Shown here one piece after another: positions 58,006 to 64,000 of a stretch of DNA of 64,000 nt; position 1 is the stretch's first letter; each line of letters starts with the position of its first letter. The notes beneath the pieces are model-generated. The model did not search any database, was not told where the DNA came from, and worked only from the letters and a program-made list of their open reading frames with translations. The translations under genes were made by a program, and so were the position numbers. Source of the stretch: a bacterium (GTDB taxonomy: Bacteria > Cyanobacteriota > Vampirovibrionia > Gastranaerophilales > Gastranaerophilaceae); NCBI GenBank assembly GCA_024408765.1, contig JAKSUR010000001.1, positions 15,612 to 79,611 on the forward strand, read 5' to 3'.

Positions 58006-59875
58006 TATATTCTTCTCCTCTTTTTGATTTTACTTCATTCATTAATTCTTCAAATTCTTTTTCATCCAAAGTTTCTTTTTCAAGCAAAGTTTTAGCAATA
58101 TGCTCCAACATATCTCTGTTTTCATTCAAAAGATTTTTCGCTGTTTCATATTGTTTATCAACAATCAATTTAACTTCTTTATCTATATCGGCAGCAATTT
58201 CTTCGGAAAAATCTCTTGTGTTGCCGAAATTGCGTCCCATAAATACATGTTCTTGTTCTTTTCCGTAAGCAAGATTTCCCATTTTTTCGCTCATACCGTA
58301 CGTTGTAACCATGCTTCTTGCAAGATTTGAAACTTTTTCCAAATCATTTGAAGCTCCTGTTGTAATATTGTCTTTGCCATATATCAATTCTTCCGCGACT
58401 CTTCCGCCTAAAATCATTGTTATTCTGTCAAGAAGCTGACTTTTTCTCATTGTAAGATGATCTTTTTCAGGCAAAGTAAGTGTTATACCAAGTGCCATGC
58501 CCCTTGGTATAATTGAAACCTTGTGTAGTGGGTCACAATCTTTTAGTAATTTTGCAAGAAGCGCATGACCAACTTCGTGGTATGCTGTATTTTCTTTTTC
58601 TTCATCAGATATAATTCTGCTTTTCTTTTCAGGGCCTGCCATAACTTTGTCAATAGCTTCTTCTAAATCAGGCATGTCAATTTCAGCCTTGTCATGGCGA
58701 GCAGCAAGAAGAGCAGCTTCATTTAATAAATTCTGTAAATCAGCACCCGTAAATCCGGGAGTACGTTTTGCCAATGTTTTTAAATCAACTTCTTTTGCAA
58801 GCGGTTTATTTTTTGCATGAACATTTAAAATTTGTTCACGACCTAAAACGTCAGGCTTATTAATAACAATTTGTCTGTCAAATCTTCCGGGTCTTAATAA
58901 AGCATTATCCAATATATCAGGTCTGTTTGTTGCTGCTAAAATGATAATATTGGTGTTTTCATCGAATCCGTCCATTTCAACCAACAATTGATTTAGTGTT
59001 TGTTCACGTTCATCATGCCCTCCGCCTAAACCTGCACCACGCTGACGTCCGACAGCATCTATTTCATCAATAAAAACAATACAAGGCTGATGTTTTTTTG
59101 CTTGTTCAAACAAATCTCTTACACGAGAAGCACCAACCCCAACAAACATTTCCACAAAATCAGAACCGCTTATTGAAAAGAAAGGAACGCCTGCTTCTCC
59201 TGCAACAGCCTTTGCCATCAATGTTTTACCTGTTCCCGGTGCGCCCACAAGAAGAACACCTTTTGGTATTTTTGCACCGAGTTTTACATATTTATCACTG
59301 TGTTTAAGAAAATCGACAATTTCTTCAAGCTCTTTTCTTTCTTCGTCAATGCCTGCAACATCTTTAAAAGTGGTTTTAACTTTATTATCCATAAGCATTT
59401 TTGCTCTTGATTTGCCAAAGGACATTGCCTGAGCGCCGCCTGCTTGAATTGTACGAATTATTAAGAATAAAAACCCGATTATTATAAGAATTGTTATAAA
59501 AGATGAATTCATACCAAACATTGAACCTGAATCGGATGATTTTGTAATGTTAATTTCAACATTATTATCCTCCAGTTTTTGAACAATATCGGAGTTTTCC
59601 GGGAATACTACTCTATATTGAACTGTTGGAGATTTTACTTCGCCATACCAAGGATTTTGAACAGGTTTTGTTTCGGGTTGGTTAACAGGGTGTGCAATCA
59701 GAACATCTTTGCTCATATCAACATTTTTAATTTCTTTATTTTCAACTTTTTGTATAAAAGTCGTATATGAAAGTTCTTCCGTACTTGTAGTCGGGCCGGA
59801 AAACAACATGGAAATGAAAGCAAGCACCAAAATTCCCAATATAATATACATACCGATAGACTGATTTTTATTCAT
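57998..59875 (-). CDS. ftsH: ATP-dependent zinc metalloprotease FtsH
   Basis: N-terminal TM helices, AAA+ motifs GAPGTGKT and IVFIDEID, and the zinc site HEVGHAL. Confidence 0.97.
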   Translation of the reverse strand: MNKNQSIGMYIILGILVLAFISMLFSGPTTSTEELSYTTFIQKVENKEIKNVDMSKDVLIAHPVNQPETKPVQNPWYGEVKSPTVQYRVVFPENSDIVQKLEDNNVEINITKSSDSGSMFGMNSSFITILIIIGFLFLIIRTIQAGGAQAMSFGKSRAKMLMDNKVKTTFKDVAGIDEERKELEEIVDFLKHSDKYVKLGAKIPKGVLLVGAPGTGKTLMAKAVAGEAGVPFFSISGSDFVEMFVGVGASRVRDLFEQAKKHQPCIVFIDEIDAVGRQRGAGLGGGHDEREQTLNQLLVEMDGFDENTNIIILAATNRPDILDNALLRPGRFDRQIVINKPDVLGREQILNVHAKNKPLAKEVDLKTLAKRTPGFTGADLQNLLNEAALLAARHDKAEIDMPDLEEAIDKVMAGPEKKSRIISDEEKENTAYHEVGHALLAKLLKDCDPLHKVSIIPRGMALGITLTLPEKDHLTMRKSQLLDRITMILGGRVAEELIYGKDNITTGASNDLEKVSNLARSMVTTYGMSEKMGNLAYGKEQEHVFMGRNFGNTRDFSEEIAADIDKEVKLIVDKQYETAKNLLNENRDMLEHIAKTLLEKETLDEKEFEELMNEVKSKRGEEYNG

Positions 59876-59980
59876 AATTCTCCCTCTTTTGAATTTATTG
59901 TATCATAGATATTATTATCTGAACAGTTGTACAAGTGGAATGATTTAAAATTTTTTTAAATAACTTCTATGGTATACGGC

Positions 59981-60008
59981 TTGACACCAAACTTTTTTGA
60001 CTTATACT
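59981..60008 (+). promoter_or_regulatory. Putative sigma-70 promoter TTGACA-16-TATACT
   Basis: TTGACA is at 59981-59986 and TATACT at 60003-60008. The predicted start site falls at or within a few nt of the ATG at 60015. Confidence 0.45.
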
Positions 60009-60030
60009 GTTTCTATGCATAGAAACAGTA
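60005..60030. promoter_or_regulatory. Perfect 26-bp palindrome TACTGTTTCTATG|CATAGAAACAGTA (operator candidate)
   Basis: Both 13-nt arms were verified by hand as exact reverse complements. The palindrome overlaps the -10 box and is centred on the ATG of the trpR-like gene. Confidence 0.6.
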
Positions 60031-60308
60031 AAAATGATAATAACGAATTATTCGATTTATTGGCAGAGATAAATAAGTCTGAAGAAATTTGTGATTTAAT
60101 GAGAGAAATGCTGACGAAATCAGAACTTGAAACATTGTCAAAACGATGGCAAATATTAAAAATGCTTTCAGAAGGGAGAACTCAGCGTGATATTGCAAAG
60201 GAGTTGAAAGTGAGTTTATGCAAGGTTACAAGAGGTGCTCAAATTTTGAAAGATGAAAAATCAATAGTCGTAAAATGTTTAAAGGAGATTAAAAATGAAT
60301 ACAAATAA
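60015..60308 (+). CDS. TrpR-related (YerC/YecD family) DNA-binding protein
   Basis: 97 aa. [47 protein letters not shown] matches the Trp-repressor-family HTH. The track start at 59997 is a TTG. Confidence 0.8.
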   Translation: MHRNSKNDNNELFDLLAEINKSEEICDLMREMLTKSELETLSKRWQILKMLSEGRTQRDIAKELKVSLCKVTRGAQILKDEKSIVVKCLKEIKNEYK

Positions 60309-61485
60309 ATTTAATATAATGCCGACAGAAGAAGGTTTTTACGGAAATTATGGCGGTCAATTTATACAAAGCGAATTTAAGGATGAATTTAAAAAAATAA
60401 CTGAAGCTTTTTTGCACTACAAAAATGATACTGAATTTAACAAAGAATTAAATTATCTTTTGAAAAATTATGCAGGTCGCCCTTCGCCTGTTTATTATGC
60501 AAAAAATCTTTCAGAAAAATATAATTGCAGAATATATCTTAAAAGGGAAGATTTAAACCACACCGGAGCACACAAAATTAATCATTCGCTGGGCGAAGCC
60601 TTGCTGGCTAAAAAAATGGGGAAAACGAAATTGATAGCTGATACCGGTGCAGGACAACACGGAGTTGCAGTTGCTACGGCAGCAGCAATTATGAAATTAG
60701 AGTGTGATATATATATGGGTGAACTTGATATAGAAAAAGAAAGTCCCAATGTAGAGAGAATGAAAATTTTAGGTGCTAATATCATACCTGTTTCGGAGGG
60801 GACAAAGACTCTTAAAGAAGCTGTTGATGCTGCGTTTGATGCATACATTAATGAATATAAAACGGCAATGTACGCTATGGGTTCTGCGGTTGGACCACAT
60901 CCGTTTCCTATGATGATTGAACATTTTCAATCGGTAATAGGAAGAGAAGCTCGTGAACAATTTCTTGAACAGGAAGGACATTTGCCTGAGTGTATTATCG
61001 CTTGTATAGGCGGAGGTTCAAACGCAATAGGATTATTTAACGGTTTTTTGGATGATGAAGATGTTGATATATATGGCGTAGAACCTCTTGGAAGAGGTGC
61101 TGATTTGGGTGATAATGCCGCAAGTATTAATTATGGCAAAGATGGTATAATTCATGGATTTAAGTGCAAACTTTTACAAGATTCTGACGGTAATATAGCC
61201 AATGCATATTCTGTCGCAAGCGGTCTTGATTACCCCGGTGCGGGCCCAAAGCATTGCTATTTGAGTGAAATAGGTCGGGTTAAGTATGATGTTATAAGTG
61301 ATAATGAGGCTATAAATGCATTTTATGAACTTTCAAAATCGGAAGGAATTATCCCTGCGCTTGAAAGTTCTCACGCAATCGCCTACGGCTTAAAACTTGC
61401 AAAAGAAAATAAGTATAATAATATGCTTATAAATGTTTCGGGCAGAGGTGACAAGGATATACAATTTGTTTTAAAATCCAAGTAA
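60295..61485 (+). CDS. trpB: Tryptophan synthase beta chain (TrpB1-type)
   Basis: [23 protein letters not shown] (PLP lysine) and GGGSNAIG motifs. It overlaps the trpR-like gene by 14 nt. No trpA follows. Confidence 0.95.
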   Translation: MNTNKFNIMPTEEGFYGNYGGQFIQSEFKDEFKKITEAFLHYKNDTEFNKELNYLLKNYAGRPSPVYYAKNLSEKYNCRIYLKREDLNHTGAHKINHSLGEALLAKKMGKTKLIADTGAGQHGVAVATAAAIMKLECDIYMGELDIEKESPNVERMKILGANIIPVSEGTKTLKEAVDAAFDAYINEYKTAMYAMGSAVGPHPFPMMIEHFQSVIGREAREQFLEQEGHLPECIIACIGGGSNAIGLFNGFLDDEDVDIYGVEPLGRGADLGDNAASINYGKDGIIHGFKCKLLQDSDGNIANAYSVASGLDYPGAGPKHCYLSEIGRVKYDVISDNEAINAFYELSKSEGIIPALESSHAIAYGLKLAKENKYNNMLINVSGRGDKDIQFVLKSK

Positions 61486-61525
61486 TTGTTACTTTTAAAA
61501 CATTAAATCGTGTTCGCAAAATGGT

Positions 61526-61682
61526 CATGCCTAATTTTTTACAAAACTTAACCTAATTCTTAATCCATGCAAATCCATGTGTAGCACATGATTTCATGTT
61601 TCTATTTGCCTAAAACCATGTGGGCATGGCATGTTGACATGTACGAAAATGCTTAATATCAATTAACTTGCGGTTTAGCATG
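61526..61682. repeat. Dense array of 10 CATG tetranucleotides
   Basis: CATG starts at 61526, 61566, 61576, 61587, 61595, 61617, 61625, 61630, 61638 and 61679. The array includes ATCCATG twice and the hairpins CATGTG-TAG-CACATG and CCATG-TGGG-CATGG. Confidence 0.8.
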
Positions 61683-61718
61683 TATGTTAAAAAGTTGTTA
61701 CATTTGCTTTAAAGTGGG

Positions 61719-61746
61719 TTGTAAATGAACTCTTAGCCACTATAAT
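61719..61746 (+). promoter_or_regulatory. Putative sigma-70 promoter TTGTAA-16-TATAAT
   Basis: TTGTAA is at 61719-61724 and TATAAT at 61741-61746, about 79 nt upstream of the GTG at 61825. Confidence 0.4.
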
Positions 61747-61824
61747 GGAAGAATAGTCGAGAATGAGTTATTCGAGATTTGGGGATTTTTAATATATTTT
61801 AACTTGTTTTTTGGGAGGAAATAA

Positions 61825-62043
61825 GTGTTTAAAAGTCGTGATATGGGAAGAGCTATAGTTGCTAAAAGATGGACGCCTACAGCTTTGGAATGTTATAAAC
61901 GTGGTTGTAATTGCGAAGGCTGTTTTTACAGTGATTTTTTCAGTGCAACAGCACAAAAGTGCCAAATGAAATCAGCAGTCTTAGAACTTGTTAGAACCAT
62001 TGGTGCACCTAATGTTGAAATTCCACAGGTTTTGGAATATTAA
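61825..62043 (+). CDS. Small (72 aa) Cys-rich hypothetical protein
   Basis: GTG start, 6 nt after a GGGAGG SD. The Cys cluster is ECYKRGCNCEGC plus a later Cys (QKCQ). No family recognised. Confidence 0.5.
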   Translation: MFKSRDMGRAIVAKRWTPTALECYKRGCNCEGCFYSDFFSATAQKCQMKSAVLELVRTIGAPNVEIPQVLEY

Positions 62044-62107
62044 TAACTACCCTTTAAAAATGTTTCAAAATGTTGTACAATAGATAGGTAGACATTAGGA
62101 GGTGTAA

Positions 62108-62473
62108 ATGTATATACACGTGAATGGTAAAAACATCGAGATTACCGATGCAATTAAAGCTTATGTTAAAGATAAGCTTGGTAAAGTAACAAATCACTAT
62201 GATCAAATTACGGGAATGGATGTTATTCTTTCGGTAATTAAAAACCCCGCCGCAACAGGCAAGCATGTTGCAGAAGTTTCTTGTAAGACGAATACTGGTG
62301 TTATTCGCTGTGAAGAATCAGCAGAATCAATGTACGAAAGCATTGATCTTCTTGCGGATAAACTTGACAGACAAGTCAAAAAATTTAAAAACAAGGCTCT
62401 TTATTCTGACAAAACTTCTATAAGAAACTCTGAGTTAGCTGAAGAAATTGAAGAAGAGGTAGTAGAAAGCTAA
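62108..62473 (+). CDS. hpf: Ribosome hibernation promoting factor / RaiA family (short form, acidic tail)
   Basis: MYIHVNGKNIEITDAIKAYVKDKLGKV... is typical of the S30AE/HPF family. TAGGAGG SD. 121 aa, so it has no long-HPF dimerisation domain. Confidence 0.9.
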   Translation: MYIHVNGKNIEITDAIKAYVKDKLGKVTNHYDQITGMDVILSVIKNPAATGKHVAEVSCKTNTGVIRCEESAESMYESIDLLADKLDRQVKKFKNKALYSDKTSIRNSELAEEIEEEVVES

Positions 62474-62488
62474 GGTTTTATAACAAAA

Positions 62489-63283
62489 ATGATTAATAAT
62501 AAAAAAGTTGTAGTTATAATGCCTGCTTACAATGCAGAAAAAACATTGGAAAAAACTTATAATGAAATTTATCAGAAAATCGTTGACGAAATTATTCTCG
62601 TCGACGATTTTTCTTCTGATGATACAAAAAAAGTTGCAAAAAAACTTGATATAACAACAATCGTACACGAAAAAAACAAAGGTTACGGAGGCAATCAAAA
62701 AACATGTTATCGTGCAGCGTTGAAAGCCGATGCTGATATAGTAATTATGCTTCATCCTGATTATCAATATACGCCCAAATTAATTCCTGCTATTGCCTCT
62801 ATGATGGCTTTTGGAGAATATGATGCTGTTATAGCTTCAAGAATGTTATGTAATTCTGCATTAAAAGGTGGTATGCCTTTATACAAATATATTTCAAACA
62901 GATTTTTAACGGAATTTCAAAACGTTTTGATAGGGGAAAAATTGTCTGAATATCACACAGGGTTTAGGGGATTTACAAGAGAAATACTTGAAAAATTACC
63001 GCTTGAAGATTGCAGTAATGATTTCATTTTTGATAACGAAATGTTGGCTTTGATTTTGTATAACGGATATAAAATAGGTGAGATTTCTTGTCCGACAAAG
63101 TATTTTCCGGAAGCATCTTCAATAAATTTTTTGCGTTCTTGCAAATATGGATTTGAAGTGCTTTGGGTAAGCTTAAAATACAGATTCGCAAAAATGCAAA
63201 TCCCCGTCAAATTGTTTAATTGTAAAGGAAAATCGCTGGATACAAGCGTAGAATTAAATTATTATAACAAAGGAATCTCATGA
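62489..63283 (+). CDS. Family 2 glycosyltransferase (DPM1/GtrB-like, soluble)
   Basis: VVIMPAYNAEKTLEKT, VDDFSSDDT and MLHPDYQY motifs. Confidence 0.85.
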   Translation: MINNKKVVVIMPAYNAEKTLEKTYNEIYQKIVDEIILVDDFSSDDTKKVAKKLDITTIVHEKNKGYGGNQKTCYRAALKADADIVIMLHPDYQYTPKLIPAIASMMAFGEYDAVIASRMLCNSALKGGMPLYKYISNRFLTEFQNVLIGEKLSEYHTGFRGFTREILEKLPLEDCSNDFIFDNEMLALILYNGYKIGEISCPTKYFPEASSINFLRSCKYGFEVLWVSLKYRFAKMQIPVKLFNCKGKSLDTSVELNYYNKGIS

Positions 63284-63888
63284 AAATTGTTTTAGCAACA
63301 TCAAATCCGCATAAAGTCAAAGAAATTAATGAAATTACCACGCAATTTTGTGTGGATAATAACATTAATTTAACGGAAAGCATAAATTTCATACTTCCGC
63401 CAACTGACTTTAATCCTGATGAAACAGGTGAAACATTTGCGGAAAACTCATATATAAAAGCAAAAGAAGGCTGGAATTTATCTCGCAATTGGTGTCTTGC
63501 AGACGATTCCGGATTATGTATTGAAGCTTTGAACGGTAAGCCCGGAATATACTCGGCAAGATATGCTGAAACGCCACAGAAACGTATCGAAAGAGTATTA
63601 AAAGAACTTAAAGGTATTGAAAACAGAAAAGCTCATTTTGTATGCCACATGACACTTATTAACCCTGACGGTGAAATTGCTTTTTCTTATGAAGGAATTT
63701 GTAAAGGCAGTATTATAAATGAACCGAAAGGTGTAAACGGATTCGGATATGATCCGATATTTTTACCCGAAGGATATAGTAAAACAATTGCAGAACTTTC
63801 AGAGGATGAAAAAAACCAAATTTCGCACCGTTCAATAGCATTAAGAGAAGTTATAAAATATTTAACCTCATTTAATCGGCAAGTGTAA
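63280..63888 (+). CDS. rdgB: Non-canonical purine NTP pyrophosphatase (RdgB/HAM1)
   Basis: IVLATSNPHKVKEI and GFGYDPIF motifs. Its ATG overlaps the upstream stop (ATGA). Confidence 0.93.
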   Translation: MKIVLATSNPHKVKEINEITTQFCVDNNINLTESINFILPPTDFNPDETGETFAENSYIKAKEGWNLSRNWCLADDSGLCIEALNGKPGIYSARYAETPQKRIERVLKELKGIENRKAHFVCHMTLINPDGEIAFSYEGICKGSIINEPKGVNGFGYDPIFLPEGYSKTIAELSEDEKNQISHRSIALREVIKYLTSFNRQV

Positions 63889-64000
63889 ACCTCATCTGTG
63901 CAGTTCTTTATATTTTTTTCTTAACATAATTGCCCATCAGAAGTGTTTATGGTAATATCAAGAAAAATAGTAAAATATAAAAGTATAAGGAGTATTTATG

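Overview
This is a 64-kb, visibly AT-rich, gene-dense bacterial chromosomal segment. GC was not computed; by eye it is roughly one third G+C. I call about 58 protein genes and see no rRNA, tRNA, CRISPR array, transposase or integrase. Most of it is housekeeping: a dcw fragment (PBP, murE), a radical SAM/DUF2344 fusion with RNase E/G, rsmI, rpmI-rplT, uppS, aroQ, folE2, rph, grpE-dnaJ, rpsT, rimP-nusA, lysS, yajQ, mgtE, alaS, rnc-cdsA-frr-pyrH, nrdG, an acyl-CoA ligase, UDG, atpD-atpC, pcrA, lepA, ftsH, a trpR-like gene with trpB, hpf and rdgB. A two-component system is fused to the flagellar rod genes flgB-flgC-fliE. Flagellar genes together with a stand-alone atpD-atpC (atpBE-type) operon and the strong AT bias would fit a non-photosynthetic relative of Cyanobacteria (Melainabacteria/Vampirovibrionia-like). 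That placement is inference only. The non-core content sits in a few pockets. (1) 25.56-27.9 kb holds a divergent TtcA-like PP-loop ATPase flanked by unusually long, hairpin-rich spacers, 30-bp direct repeats and a Gly/Met-rich small protein. (2) 40.1-42.5 kb holds an HExxH protein and a Cys-nucleophile alpha/beta hydrolase separated by a third copy of the 30-bp element. (3) 45.1-46.0 kb holds 2.6 copies of an exact 100-bp tandem repeat directly upstream of a GNAT-like ORF. (4) An 803-aa hyper-acidic protein ends in a PcrA-type Tudor module. (5) A perfect 26-bp palindrome lies over the trpR-like start, and a dense CATG array lies downstream of trpB. No complete, recognisable defence or mobile system is visible. 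The candidate novel systems are hypotheses resting on sequence patterns I could read by hand.
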